64,000 nt of DNA from Candidatus Eiseniibacteriota bacterium (GCA_963725865.1 CAVSAC010000014.1:288001-352000), one strand, 5' to 3'. Shown: positions 33,014 to 42,920, counted from the first letter of the stretch. Numbers and translations are program-made. Notes: generated by a model not told the origin, from the sequence alone.

Positions 33014-34156
33014 TCATCGCGATTCGGACGCCGGCGCGCGCGCCGCCGCGGCCGGATGCGGAGCCGGGCTCGGGACCGCGGAGGCCAACGAGTCCACGCG
33101 CGTGGCAGTGGTCTCCTGGGAGGCGGCCGAAGCGGCCTGCAGGGCGCGCGCCTGGGCGATGTTCGCGAGGTGCTGCTCGTAGGAGACCGCGAAGAAATGG
33201 CGGCCCTCGCCGCGCGCGACGAAGTAGAGGTCGCGCACGCCGTCGCTCGGATGCACCGACGCCTCGATGCTCTTGCGCCCCGGGCTGCAGATCGGCCCCG
33301 GGGGCAGCCCGCTCACCAGGTAGGTGTTGTACGGCGAGACGTGGCGGAGTTGGCGCAGGTAGAGCCGCGAACGTGGGTTCATGCCGAGCGAGAACGCGAC
33401 TGTCGGGTCGGCCTGCAGCAGCATGTGCTTCTCGAGCCGGTTCAGGTACACCTTCGCGATGCGGGGCCGTTCCACGTCGGCCTGCGCCTCCGATTCCACG
33501 ATGCTCGCGAGCGTCAGCACCTGGTGTAGCGAGAGCCCGAGCGGCAGCGAGTCCAGTCCGGCGGTGAGCTGGCGCAGCAGGTCCTGCTGGCGTGCGGCCA
33601 TCGTGCGCAGCGCCACCTCCGGCGGGGTGCCCGGCAGGAACTCGTAGGTATCCGGCGCCAGGTAGCCTTCGAGCGACGGCGCGTCGACGCCGAGCGAGTC
33701 GAGGAACGCGCGGTCCTGCGCGAGCGAATCGAGCGAGGCCGGCGCCGTGCCCAGATGGCGGCCCAGCAGCTGGCTCACTTCGCGGACCGTGAGCCCCTCC
33801 GGGATCGTCACCAGATTCAAGCCGCTCATGCCGCGCGCGAAGGCGCGGAGCAGCGCGGGCACCGTGATGCCGAGCCGGAACGAGTACTGGCCCGCCTTGA
33901 CGCCGCGGTCCACGTGCATGAGGCGCGCGAGCACCTGGAATCCGAGCGTGCCGCGCAGCACTCCGACGCGCTGCAGCTCGTCGGCGATCTCGCGCAGGGT
34001 CTGCCCGCGCTGCACGAGCACCACGCGGCGCTGGCGCGGCGGAAACGCGCCCGCCGGCAGGAACAGATCGCTCGCCACCGCGAGGAACGCGATCACGAGC
34101 AGCAGCAGCGCCCAGCGCCGCGGCCGGAACGGCCGCCCGCGACGGCGCGGCGTCAT
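33014..34156 (-). CDS. mltG: Endolytic transglycosylase MltG
   Basis: TIPEG, LEGYLAPDTY, LASIVESE, LQADPT and SPYNTY..GLPPGPI. Confidence 0.93.
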   Translation of the reverse strand: MTPRRRGRPFRPRRWALLLLVIAFLAVASDLFLPAGAFPPRQRRVVLVQRGQTLREIADELQRVGVLRGTLGFQVLARLMHVDRGVKAGQYSFRLGITVPALLRAFARGMSGLNLVTIPEGLTVREVSQLLGRHLGTAPASLDSLAQDRAFLDSLGVDAPSLEGYLAPDTYEFLPGTPPEVALRTMAARQQDLLRQLTAGLDSLPLGLSLHQVLTLASIVESEAQADVERPRIAKVYLNRLEKHMLLQADPTVAFSLGMNPRSRLYLRQLRHVSPYNTYLVSGLPPGPICSPGRKSIEASVHPSDGVRDLYFVARGEGRHFFAVSYEQHLANIAQARALQAASAASQETTATRVDSLASAVPSPAPHPAAAARAPASESR

Positions 34157-34596
34157 GGCGCGTCCTCGCCGCGCGCCGCACGCGCCCGCACCCGCGCGAG
34201 GAACGATTCGAGCAGCGCCACCGCCGCACCGCGGTCGATGCGCTCCTTCGCGCGCCCGAGCTTCACCCCCGCCTCGTGCAGCCGGCGCGCGCTGAGCGCC
34301 GAGGTGAGGCGTTCGTCGTAGGTCTCGACCGGCAGTCCGCTCGCGGTCGCGAGCTCGTCCGCGAAGCGCTGCGCCGCCTCGGCCGCCTCGCCGCGCGCGC
34401 CGGACAACAGCAGCGGCAGGCCGACGACGATGCGGGACGCCTCGCGCTCACGCGCCACCGCGGTGACCTGGGCGAGCGCGTCCGAGCGGCCCTTCACGTG
34501 CAGGGTCTCGAGGCCGGTGGCGATGATGCCGTCGGGGTCGCTCACCGCCAGGCCGATCCGGCGCTCGCCCCAGTCCACGGCGAGGATGCGGGCCAC
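34153..34596 (-). CDS. ruvX: Holliday junction resolvase-like RuvX/YqgF
   Basis: RILAVDWGERRIGLAVSD, VVGLP, DERLTS and IDRGAA. Confidence 0.92.
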   Translation of the reverse strand: MARILAVDWGERRIGLAVSDPDGIIATGLETLHVKGRSDALAQVTAVAREREASRIVVGLPLLLSGARGEAAEAAQRFADELATASGLPVETYDERLTSALSARRLHEAGVKLGRAKERIDRGAAVALLESFLARVRARAARGEDAP

Positions 34597-34609
34597 GGGC
34601 GGGACCGCG

Positions 34610-35059
34610 TCAGCCGTTCGCGACGGCGGCAGCCGGGCGATGCTTGACCAGCAGGCAGGTGGTGCCGCCAGGATCGAAGCGGAAGTCCACGCTGTCCATG
34701 CACGCTCGCATGATGAAGATGCCGCGGCCGCGGGGCTCGAAGAGACGTTCGGGGCTGGTGGCATCGGGCTCGATCGACGTGAGGTCGAATCCTGGTCCGG
34801 AGTCGTGCACCGTGACCTCGATGCGGTCCGGCCACAGGGCGAAGACGATCTCGAAGCTCTTGGAGGCGTCGCGCCGGTGCCCATGCTGGATGGCGTTGGT
34901 GCCGGCCTCGATCACCGACATCGTGACCTGCGCGCTCGCGTCCTCGTCGAATCCCATGCGTTCGCACAGGGCGGACGACACGCGATCGAGGACGGCGAGC
35001 AGCTCGAGGCGGCTCGGAAGGCTCATGCGGACGACTTCGGGGGTGTCGGGTCTGGACAT
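34610..35059 (-). CDS. Anti-sigma factor kinase, RsbW-like (HATPase_c_2)
   Basis: EAGTNAIQHG, DSGPGFD and GRGIFIM. Confidence 0.85.
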   Translation of the reverse strand: MSRPDTPEVVRMSLPSRLELLAVLDRVSSALCERMGFDEDASAQVTMSVIEAGTNAIQHGHRRDASKSFEIVFALWPDRIEVTVHDSGPGFDLTSIEPDATSPERLFEPRGRGIFIMRACMDSVDFRFDPGGTTCLLVKHRPAAAVANG

Positions 35060-35065
35060 GTTCCG

Positions 35066-36046
35066 TCAACGGACCGCGCGGTCCCGGAACGCGCGCAGCG
35101 CCTCGAAGGCGTGGTGGAGGTCCTCCGGCAAAGCCGAAATGAAGCTGAGCGCCTGACCGGTGACCGGATGCGTCAGCTCCAGCCGGCTCGCATGGAGGGC
35201 CTGACGCGGCAGGATCTCCAGCAGAGCCGTGGCGAGGCTACGCTGCGCAGAATCGGGACTCAACGCCTTTCTTCGCCCGCCGTACACCGGATCGCCCACC
35301 ACCGGCATGCGCCGGTGCGCGAGGTGGACGCGGATCTGATGGGTGCGGCCGGTCTCGAGCCGCACCGTGAGCGCGGTCACCGGCCCGAAGCGCTCGGTCA
35401 CCGACCAGTGGGTGACCGCCGCGCGGCCCCCGCGCCGTGCGACCGCCATCCGGGTGCGCATTCGCGGGTCGCGCGCGATCGGCGCCTCGATGGTCCCCTC
35501 GTCCTCGCGCGGCTCTCCCCAGACGAGCGCCACGTACTCGCGCTGGATCTCCCGGCGGCGCATCGATTCGATCAGCGCGCGATGGGCGCGCGCGGTGCGC
35601 GCCACCACCAGCAGCCCTGAGGTGTCCTTGTCGAGCCGGTGCACGATCCCCGGGCGGTCCGTGCCTCCCACCTGCGCGATCGCGGGGTCATGATGGAGCA
35701 GCCCGTGCGCGAGCGTGCCGTGGGTCACGCCGGCGCCGGGATGCACCACCAGTCCGGCGGGCTTGTCGACGATCAGCACGTCGTCGTCCTGGAACACGAT
35801 CGCGAGCGCCATCGCCTCGGGCACCAGCGTCGAGACGATCGCGGCCGGCAACTCGACGCGCACCGTGTCCCCGGCGCGCACGCGGTGCGAGGCGCGCACC
35901 ACGCGCCCGTCCACCGTGACGTGTCCGATATCGATCAGGGCCTGCAGGCGGGTGCGTGAGAGGTCGGGCTGCGCGGCGGCGAGGAAGCGGTCGAGCCGCT
36001 CACCCGCGGCGTGCGGAGGGACCGGGAGCGTCAGCGTCCCGTCCAT
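35066..36046 (-). CDS. rluD: RluA-family pseudouridine synthase (RluD-like)
   Basis: S4 domain RLDRFL, KPAGLVVHP, VHRLDKDTSG and ETGRTHQIRVH. Confidence 0.9.
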   Translation of the reverse strand: MDGTLTLPVPPHAAGERLDRFLAAAQPDLSRTRLQALIDIGHVTVDGRVVRASHRVRAGDTVRVELPAAIVSTLVPEAMALAIVFQDDDVLIVDKPAGLVVHPGAGVTHGTLAHGLLHHDPAIAQVGGTDRPGIVHRLDKDTSGLLVVARTARAHRALIESMRRREIQREYVALVWGEPREDEGTIEAPIARDPRMRTRMAVARRGGRAAVTHWSVTERFGPVTALTVRLETGRTHQIRVHLAHRRMPVVGDPVYGGRRKALSPDSAQRSLATALLEILPRQALHASRLELTHPVTGQALSFISALPEDLHHAFEALRAFRDRAVR

Positions 36047-36578
36047 CGTGTGCCTCCGCATCGAGCGGAATCGGCGGCGGTGCATCCGGCGACTCGGCCA
36101 CCGGCGCCGGCGCCGCCTCGTGCGGGCCCGCGAGCGCCGCGATCGCGAACAGCGCCACGCCCACCGTCACCGCGGTGTCCGCCACGTTGAAGACCGGGAA
36201 GGACCACTGCCGCCACGAGAACAGGATGAAGTCCACCACCTCGCCGGCGGTCACGCGATCGATCAGGTTGCCAATCGCGCCGCCGAAGATGAGCGACAGG
36301 GCCCACTGGCGCGCCGCGTCGTGCACGCGCCCGCGCAGCAGCATCCACAGGATCGCCACCGCGGCGACGATCGAGAACAGGTAGTAGGGGAAGCCGGTGC
36401 CCGCCCCGATGCCGAACGCCACGCCGGAATTGCGCGTGTACGTCAGCCGCACCAGCGTGCCGATCACTTCGATCGGCGGGCGGTACTCCAGCACGTGGGT
36501 GGCCCACTGCTTGGTCACCTGGTCGAGCGCGACCACCGCGCCCGCGACCAGGGCAAGTCGCACCACGGCGCGCTTCAC
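36000..36578 (-). CDS. lspA: Lipoprotein signal peptidase II
   Basis: DQVTK, NSGVAFG, GGAIGNLIDR, VVDFI and FNVAD. Confidence 0.93.
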   Translation of the reverse strand: MKRAVVRLALVAGAVVALDQVTKQWATHVLEYRPPIEVIGTLVRLTYTRNSGVAFGIGAGTGFPYYLFSIVAAVAILWMLLRGRVHDAARQWALSLIFGGAIGNLIDRVTAGEVVDFILFSWRQWSFPVFNVADTAVTVGVALFAIAALAGPHEAAPAPVAESPDAPPPIPLDAEAHDGRDADAPGPSARRG

Positions 36579-37456
36579 TGGCCGATCTGACCCGCGGTCC
36601 GCCCGGCCTTCTCTTCCTTCTCCTTGCACGACACGCACAGCCGGGCGTGGGGCATCGCCTCGAGCCGCGCCCGCGCGATCGGCTTCTCGCAGATCTCGCA
36701 CGTGCCGTACTCGCCGCGGTAGAGCCGCCGCAGCGCCTCATTGATGTCCATGAGCAGGCGGCCTTCGGCGGAGGCGAACAGGAACGCCTTCTCGCGTTCC
36801 ATCGCGTCGGTGCCGGCGTCGGCCATGTGGAACGAGTAGCCCGAGAGATCCCCGGCGGAATCGCGCGGGTTCACCTTGAGCACCGTGTTCTCGAGATGGC
36901 CCATCTCCTTGAGGATCTTCTGCCGCTCGGCGAGCAGCCGCTGCTCGAATTCCTTCAAGTCCTTATCGGTCACGCCCTGGGCTCCTTGGGATGGCATGGG
37001 TCGGGGTGCGGGCTTGGAAGACGTGAGCGGCCGATTCACGTGCGGGGTCGGGCCGGCGTGTGCCTTGGCGCGCGACTCCGGAGGCAGCACGCCCAGCGGC
37101 TTCACGTTGGGCGCCGGTACGGCGGGCTTGACCACCGGCTTGAGCTTGCGCGGCAGCTTGGAGGCCGGCTTGGCGACCACCGGTGCGGGTTTGCCCTTCA
37201 CCGCCGGACGGCCGATCACCCGCGGCGCCGGCTTCGCGACGGACTTGGGCGCGACCTTCCCCTTGACGGCGGGTCGGCCGATCACCCGCGGTGCCGACTT
37301 CGTGGCCTTTGCAGCCTTCGCGGGCTTCGATTTCGGCGCATGCTTCGCCTTCGACTGAGGCCTGGCCTTCGACTTGGGACTCGACTTGGGCTTCGCCTTC
37401 GGGGCGGCCTTGGTCGCGGCCTTCGCGCTCTTCCCGGACTTGCGCTGCGTCGCCAT
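36575..37456 (-). CDS. TraR/DksA C4 zinc-finger protein with a long K/A/P-rich N-terminal extension
   Basis: HMADAGTD, YGTCEIC and RLEAMPHARLCVSC. GGAG SD. Confidence 0.88.
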   Translation of the reverse strand: MATQRKSGKSAKAATKAAPKAKPKSSPKSKARPQSKAKHAPKSKPAKAAKATKSAPRVIGRPAVKGKVAPKSVAKPAPRVIGRPAVKGKPAPVVAKPASKLPRKLKPVVKPAVPAPNVKPLGVLPPESRAKAHAGPTPHVNRPLTSSKPAPRPMPSQGAQGVTDKDLKEFEQRLLAERQKILKEMGHLENTVLKVNPRDSAGDLSGYSFHMADAGTDAMEREKAFLFASAEGRLLMDINEALRRLYRGEYGTCEICEKPIARARLEAMPHARLCVSCKEKEEKAGRTAGQIGQ

Positions 37457-37492
37457 CGTCTCCTCCCTCAACGGCTGGAGCGGACCCCAGCC

Positions 37493-38329
37493 TCAACGCG
37501 CTTCCTCGAGCCGACGGACCACCTCGGTCACGAGACGGATCAGCACGGGCGCCGCGCGCCCCGCCACCGCCAGGATCGCGGGGATGTCCACCGGATGCAG
37601 GTCATCCGGAAGACAGGCGTCGGTGATCACGTTGAACGCCAGCACCCGCTGGCCTCCGTGCACCGCCACGATGTTCTCGGGCACCAGCGACATCCCGACC
37701 ACGTCCGCGCCGATCCAGCGCAGAAACCGGTACTCCGCCGCGGTCTCGAGATTCGGCCCCGGCACTGCCACCAACACCGCCCGCTGGAGCGGGATGCGCT
37801 GCTCCAGCGCCACCGTCTCGGCGAGCCGGATCAAAGGGCGGGCATAGGGCTCGCTCATATCCGGGAATCGCGGACCCAGGGTGTCGTCATTGGGCCCGAT
37901 GAGCGGGTTGTCGCCCATCAGGTTGATGTGATCGGTGGTGACGGTGATCGTGCCCGCCGGCATGTCGGGGTTCATCCCGCCGCAGGCGTTCGTGATCACG
38001 AGCGTGTCGCATCCGAGCGCCTTCATCACGCGCACCGGGAACGACACCTGCTGCATCGAGTACCCCTCGTAGTAGTGGACCCGACCCTTCATCACCACGA
38101 CCGCGTGGTCCGCCAGCGTGCCCACGTGCAGCTCGCCCGCATGGCTCTCGACGGTGGAGACCGCGAAGTGCGGGATCTCGTGGTACGGGATCACGGTGTC
38201 CACCCGGAGCGCATCGGCGAAGTCGCCCAGCCCGGTGCCGAGGATGATGCCGACCTTCGGCTGCACGCGCGTGCGCGCGCGGATCGCCGTGGCCGCCTCC
38301 TCGATGCGCTGTCTCAGCTCACTCGCCAT
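37493..38329 (-). CDS. Purine-nucleoside phosphorylase
   Basis: ILGTGLG, GRVHYYEG, GPRFPDM, GPNLETAAE and GMSLVPE. Confidence 0.92.
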   Translation of the reverse strand: MASELRQRIEEAATAIRARTRVQPKVGIILGTGLGDFADALRVDTVIPYHEIPHFAVSTVESHAGELHVGTLADHAVVVMKGRVHYYEGYSMQQVSFPVRVMKALGCDTLVITNACGGMNPDMPAGTITVTTDHINLMGDNPLIGPNDDTLGPRFPDMSEPYARPLIRLAETVALEQRIPLQRAVLVAVPGPNLETAAEYRFLRWIGADVVGMSLVPENIVAVHGGQRVLAFNVITDACLPDDLHPVDIPAILAVAGRAAPVLIRLVTEVVRRLEEAR

Positions 38330-38618
38330 CGTCGCCCTTCCGCCGCTGCAGCGCCGCGTCCACGCGTCGCCGCACCTCGGCCTCCTCCAGCCCTTCGATC
38401 TCCAGCCACTTGGTGCGCGAGGCCGCGCCCCGCGCGATCGTCACCTGTCGCCTCGGCACACCCACCATGTCGGCGACCAGCTCCACCACCGCGCGGTTCG
38501 CCCGCCCATCCGCGGGCGGGGCGGTCACCGCGACCTTCAGCGTCCCGTCGTCCATCCAGCCGGCGACTCCCGCGCGCCGCGCGCCGGGATGCACCCGCAC
38601 CGCGAGCCGGGCGTTCAC
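38319..38618 (-). CDS. DUF167/YggU family protein
   Basis: VRVHPGA, LKVAVTAPPADGRAN and GAASRTK. Located after yggT. Confidence 0.85.
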   Translation of the reverse strand: MNARLAVRVHPGARRAGVAGWMDDGTLKVAVTAPPADGRANRAVVELVADMVGVPRRQVTIARGAASRTKWLEIEGLEEAEVRRRVDAALQRRKGDDGE

Positions 38619-38914
38619 CCCATGCGCATCGCGAGGTCCCGCAGCGAACCGACCGCGAACTCGCGCACGAAGTAGATTGCCAGCATCACGATGAACGGCG
38701 CGAAATCGAAGCCGCCGATCGCCGTCGGGAACAGACGACGGACCGGATCGCACACGAAGTCCGAGACCCGGCCCAGGAACATCACGATCGGATGGTCGGG
38801 ATCGGGACGCACCCAGGACAGCAGTGCGTTGATCAGGACCACCACCAGCAGCAGCTGCAGCACGACGTCGAGCACTCCCGAGACCGCGCTCAGCAGATGA
38901 CCCACCACGAACAT
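38615..38914 (-). CDS. yggT: YggT family membrane protein
   Basis: ALLSWV.PDP.HP, PVRRLFP and GGFDFAP. Confidence 0.88.
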   Translation of the reverse strand: MFVVGHLLSAVSGVLDVVLQLLLVVVLINALLSWVRPDPDHPIVMFLGRVSDFVCDPVRRLFPTAIGGFDFAPFIVMLAIYFVREFAVGSLRDLAMRMG

Positions 38915-38923
38915 CCGTGACTC

Positions 38924-39625
38924 CTACCGGGAACGCGCGCCGAAGATCGCGGTGCCCACGCGCACCAGCGTGCTGCCTTCCTCCACCGCGACCTCGAAGT
39001 CCCCGCTCATGCCCATCGACAGTTCCGGCAGCGGCCGCCCCAGTCGTCGCGCGACCGCGTCCCGCAGCGTGCGCAGCCGCGCGAACCCCGCGCGCGCGTC
39101 CTCCGCCCGTTCCACCGGCGCTCCCACCGTCATCAGTCCGTCGAGCGCCAGGCCCGGCAGCGCCGCCACGATCTCGAGCACGGGTTCGAGCTGCTCGGGC
39201 GCGACGCCGAACTTGGTCGCTTCGCCGCTCACGTTCACTTCGACCAGCACCGGGAGCGTGACCGCCGCCGCGACGGCGTGCCGCGACAGCGCGCGCGCCA
39301 GCTCGACGTCGTCCACGCCGTGCACGCGGTCGAACAACTCCACCGCGCGCCCGGCCTTGTTGCGTTGCAGGTGCCCGATCATGTGCCAGCGCGCCGCCGA
39401 GCGGCCCACCGACGCGATCTTGCCGGCCGCCTCTTGCACCCGGTTCTCGCCGAGATCCGCGAGGCCGAGCGCCACCGCCTCCGCGACCACTCCGGCGGCC
39501 ACCGTCTTGACCACCCCCACGAGTGTGACCGCACCCGGCGGGCGTCCGGAGCGGCTCGCGGCCGCATCGATGCGGGCTCGGACGTCCTCGAGTCGGGCCT
39601 TCAGTGACGGGAGGGCAGCGTTCAC
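38924..39625 (-). CDS. yggS: YggS family PLP homeostasis protein
   Basis: GENRVQE, WHMIGHLQRNK, LSMGMSGDF and VRVGTAIFG. The start is approximate. Confidence 0.92.
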   Translation of the reverse strand: MNAALPSLKARLEDVRARIDAAASRSGRPPGAVTLVGVVKTVAAGVVAEAVALGLADLGENRVQEAAGKIASVGRSAARWHMIGHLQRNKAGRAVELFDRVHGVDDVELARALSRHAVAAAVTLPVLVEVNVSGEATKFGVAPEQLEPVLEIVAALPGLALDGLMTVGAPVERAEDARAGFARLRTLRDAVARRLGRPLPELSMGMSGDFEVAVEEGSTLVRVGTAIFGARSR

Positions 39626-39817
39626 GGAACGCGCGAGAGTAGTCACCTCGCCCGGGGGGCGCAAGCGGGAAAGGGCGCCGGGCACGCCGCGGCGGGTGGG
39701 ATCCGGGTCGCTGCGCCGGCCGCCGGACCGGCGTCAGCGCGCCGCGCCGGCTCGGTGAGCGTGGCGGCGCTGGCCGGAGCCGCGCGCGGCCGGCGGCGGT
39801 TCGGGAGCATGGACGAA

Positions 39818-39846
39818 GCGCCCCGCCGCACGAGGCGGCGGGGCGC
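39818..39846 (-). terminator. Hairpin immediately 3' of tmRNA
   Basis: Perfect 12-bp stem GCGCCCCGCCGC/GCGGCGGGGCGC with a 5-nt loop and only a short U tail. Confidence 0.55.
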
Positions 39847-39849
39847 ACA

Positions 39850-40204
39850 TGGTGGAGGCGGCGGGAATCGAACCCGCGTCCGAAAACCGATCCCTGGAAT
39901 CCACTACAGGCTTGTCCGGCCGATTAAGTCTCGCGCGCCTCCGCTCCGACCGGCGGGATCAATGGTGCGCCAGCTCGATTGGATCTCGTCCTCGGCCCAC
40001 GAGCGAGGGCGTTGGACCAGCCCGCGTTTATCTGACGCTCGCACCGTTCCCCACGGGCGGGGTCCGGGCGACCGTCGCTGCTAGTTAGGCAGCGAGAGCA
40101 AACTGCTCGTTGGCAGTTGCGTTGTTCCCGCTTTTTTGACGAGGTTACGGGTCCCCGGCCTGCGTCTTCCGATTCACGGTCCCCGTCGAGACCTGTACGC
40201 CCCC
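39850..40204 (-). ncRNA. ssrA: tmRNA; tag peptide (A)ANEQFALAA* at 40085-40114
   Basis: 5' GGGGGCG pairs with 3' CGCCTCC-ACCA including the G3.U pair. T-arm GGTTCGATTCC is present, the tag ORF ends ALAA-TAA, and the length is 355 nt. Confidence 0.95.
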
Positions 40205-40205
40205 C

Positions 40206-40330
40206 GCGGGCTTCGACGGAAGCCCGATCGGCTGCGTTGCCTCCCTCGCTCGTCGCTGCGACGTATCTTCCGATACGTCTCGCTCCTCGCTCGGTCGGCG
40301 CCTTGCGCTCGGGCTTCCGTCGAAGCCCGC
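40206..40330. repeat. REPIN/MITE-like element with perfect 22-bp terminal inverted repeats, each itself a hairpin
   Basis: GCGGGCTTCGACGGAAGCCCGA (40206-40227) and its exact reverse complement (40309-40330). Internal GACGTATC..GATACGTC stem. Confidence 0.7.
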
Positions 40331-40440
40331 AGCGCGGTCGAAAACCCTCGTCGTGGCCCGCGGCGGCATCGCTTCGCTCGCCGCCCGGCTGCTCACTCAG
40401 AGTGCGTTGGCCTTTTGGATGTCTGAGCGGGCGGCGGGGA

Positions 40441-40866
40441 TCAAAACGGGATGTCGTCGTCCGGGCCGCCGCCGAAGTCGCCGGTCATCGGGTCGTCGGG
40501 AGGCACGGTGGCGCTCACATCGTCGCGCGCGCCTTCGGCGCGCCCGCCGAGCAGCTGCATGTTGGTGCAGACGATCTCGGTGCTGTAGCGCTTCTGGCCC
40601 TGCTGATCCTGCCACTGCCGCGTGCGGATGCGGCCCTCGATGAAGACCTGGCGACCCTTGGTGAGGTACTGCTGGGCCACCTCGGCCTGGCGACCGAACA
40701 GCACCACGCGGTGCCACTCGGTGGCCTCCTGCTTCTGTCCGCTCTTGTCGGTCCAGCGCTCGGTGGTGGCGATGCGCAGATTCGCGACCGACGACCCGCC
40801 CTGGGTGAAGCGCACCTCGGGATTCGCCCCGAGGTTGCCGACCAGGAACACCTTGTTCACGCCCAT
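40441..40866 (-). CDS. ssb: Single-stranded DNA-binding protein
   Basis: [18 protein letters not shown] and C-terminal DDDIPF. Confidence 0.96.
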   Translation of the reverse strand: MGVNKVFLVGNLGANPEVRFTQGGSSVANLRIATTERWTDKSGQKQEATEWHRVVLFGRQAEVAQQYLTKGRQVFIEGRIRTRQWQDQQGQKRYSTEIVCTNMQLLGGRAEGARDDVSATVPPDDPMTGDFGGGPDDDIPF

Positions 40867-41043
40867 GTGCGACTCCGTTTCGATGAAGGGGCCCCGCGGC
40901 GGGGGCTGTCTGGGTGCCCGGAGCATACGGGGCGCGCGCGCCGGGGCGCAATGCCGGCCTGCGGTGGCCGCGCGCCGCTCCAGCGGCCGGCGCGCGTCGC
41001 GTCGTGGCCGCGCGGACCCGCGGATCGGTGCGGCGGGCGCGGT

Positions 41044-41073
41044 TTGACGCCCGTCGGGCCGCGCCGCTAGACT
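41044..41073 (+). promoter_or_regulatory. Promoter of the tRNA cluster
   Basis: TTGACG-N18-TAGACT followed by a GC-rich discriminator. Confidence 0.6.
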
Positions 41074-41102
41074 CCGCCGCGCCGTACTGACATGGGAGTC
41101 TC

Positions 41103-41179
<77 letters not shown>

Positions 41180-41216
41180 CATGGACCGGCGGCTTTGGTC
41201 GACCGGGACCAGCCCC

Positions 41217-41293
41217 GCGCCTGTAGCTCAGATGGATAGAGCAACGGATTTCTAATCCGTGGGTCGGGGGTTCGATTCCCTCCAGGCGCGCCA
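41217..41293 (+). tRNA. tRNA-Arg(TCT)
   Basis: ACGGA-TTTCTAA-TCCGT anticodon arm, with CCA end. Confidence 0.95.
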
Positions 41294-41322
41294 GTCGTCG
41301 AACGCCCGTGCGATGTTCGGGT

Positions 41323-41400
41323 GGTGGATGTAGCTCAGTTTGGTAGAGCACCGGACTGTGGCTCCGGCTGTCGCGGGTTCAAATCCCGTCATCCACCCCA
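41323..41400 (+). tRNA. tRNA-His(GTG)
   Basis: G-1, CCGGA-CTGTGGC-TCCGG anticodon arm, and C discriminator plus CCA. Confidence 0.95.
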
Positions 41401-41475
41401 CTTTCCTTCGCGGCCCCGCGGGCGGAGCGGATCCGCCCGCGACCGTCGCGGGCCGGCCGAGGAGGCCGATCGCCG

Positions 41476-42891
41476 ATGTCGCGCCGCGTCCGCATCGTGT
41501 GCACCCTCGGCCCCGCCACCGCCTCCGACGACGTGGTGCGGGCGCTGATCGACGCCGGCATGGACGTCGCGCGGCTCAACTTCTCGCATGGCACCCACGC
41601 CGACCACGCCGCGATGATCGCCCGCGTGCGGCGGGCCGCCGTGGCCGCCGACCGCGCGGTCGCGGTCCTCGCCGACCTGCAGGGTCCCAAGATCCGTCTG
41701 GGCCGCTTCCGGGGCGGCCGTGCCGAGTTGGCTGCGGGCGCGGAATTCACGGTGGTGGCGGGCACCGAGCTCGAGGGTGACGCGGCGCATGCCTCGACCA
41801 CCTACGCCGGCCTGGCCGCCGACGTGCGCCCGGGAGACGCCGTGCTGATCGACGACGGTCGCCTGCGGCTCGAGGTGCTCGCGAGCGACGGCCACGCGGC
41901 CCGTTGCCGCGTGGTGGTGGGCGGCCCGGTGTCGGACCACAAGGGCATCAACCTGCCCGGCGTGCGGGTGAGCGCGCCGGCGTTGAGCGAGAAGGACGCC
42001 GATGACCTGCGGTTCGCGCTCGCGCAGGCCGTCGACCTGGTCGCGCTCTCGTTCGTGCGCAGCCCGGCCGACGCCGCGGACGCGCGCGGTGTCATGGATG
42101 CCGCGGGCGTGCGGGTGCCGCTGCTCGCCAAGCTCGAGAAGCCCGAGGCGGTGACGGCGCTGGAGGCGGTGCTCGACGCGTTCGATGGCGTGATGGTGGC
42201 GCGTGGTGATCTCGGCGTGGAGCTGCCGCTCGAGCAGGTGCCGCTGGTGCAGAAGCGGGCGCTGCGGCTGGCGCGCGAGCGCGCCAAGCCGTCGATCGTC
42301 GCCACCCAGATGCTCGAGTCGATGATCGAGCACGAGCGCCCCACCCGCGCGGAGGTCTCCGACGTCGCGAACGCGGTGCTCGACGGCGCCGACGCGCTGA
42401 TGCTCTCGGCCGAGACCAGCGTGGGCCGCGATCCCGCGCTGGTCGTGACCACCATGAGCCGCATCGCGGCCACGATCGAGCGCGAGGGCGTGTGCCTGAG
42501 CGCGCCGGAGGCGCCGCGGACCGGGGCCGTCGCGGCGCTCGCGGCCGCCGCGGTGGAGGCCGCGCGGGACGCCGGGGCGAAGGCCCTGGTGTCGTTCACG
42601 GCCACCGGCAGCACGGCACGGCTGCTGGCCGCGCACCGGCCGGCGATGCCGCTGTACGCGTTCACGCCCCACGAGGCGGTGCGACGGCAGCTCGCGCTCT
42701 CGTGGGGGGTCGCGGCCTTCGTGGTGCCCCACTCGCTGGACACCGACGGCATGATTCGCCAGGTCGACCGCGCGCTCATCGAGCGCGGATTGGGCTCGCC
42801 GCGGGACACCGTGGTGATCGTGGCCGGCACCCCACCGGGCACCTCGGGCGGCACCAACACCGTGAGGCTCCACCGCATCGGGGGCGCGTAG
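41476..42891 (+). CDS. pyk: Pyruvate kinase
   Basis: IVCTLGPA, RLNFSHG, DLQGPKIR, MVARGDLGVE, ATQMLESM and PTRAEVSDVAN. Confidence 0.96.
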   Translation: MSRRVRIVCTLGPATASDDVVRALIDAGMDVARLNFSHGTHADHAAMIARVRRAAVAADRAVAVLADLQGPKIRLGRFRGGRAELAAGAEFTVVAGTELEGDAAHASTTYAGLAADVRPGDAVLIDDGRLRLEVLASDGHAARCRVVVGGPVSDHKGINLPGVRVSAPALSEKDADDLRFALAQAVDLVALSFVRSPADAADARGVMDAAGVRVPLLAKLEKPEAVTALEAVLDAFDGVMVARGDLGVELPLEQVPLVQKRALRLARERAKPSIVATQMLESMIEHERPTRAEVSDVANAVLDGADALMLSAETSVGRDPALVVTTMSRIAATIEREGVCLSAPEAPRTGAVAALAAAAVEAARDAGAKALVSFTATGSTARLLAAHRPAMPLYAFTPHEAVRRQLALSWGVAAFVVPHSLDTDGMIRQVDRALIERGLGSPRDTVVIVAGTPPGTSGGTNTVRLHRIGGA

Positions 42892-42920
42892 CGGCGCGCG
42901 AGCTCAGGAGCGGCCCGGCC

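Noticed and set aside
36000..36046. 47-bp lspA/rluD overlap as a special feature
   Set aside because: It is explained by a low-complexity C-terminal run-on of LspA, which is common in GC-rich operons.
40206..40436. 6S RNA or a riboswitch between ssb and ssrA
   Set aside because: Perfect self-palindromic terminal repeats fit a repeat element better. I see no recognisable 6S central bubble or riboswitch consensus, although an Rfam search was not possible.
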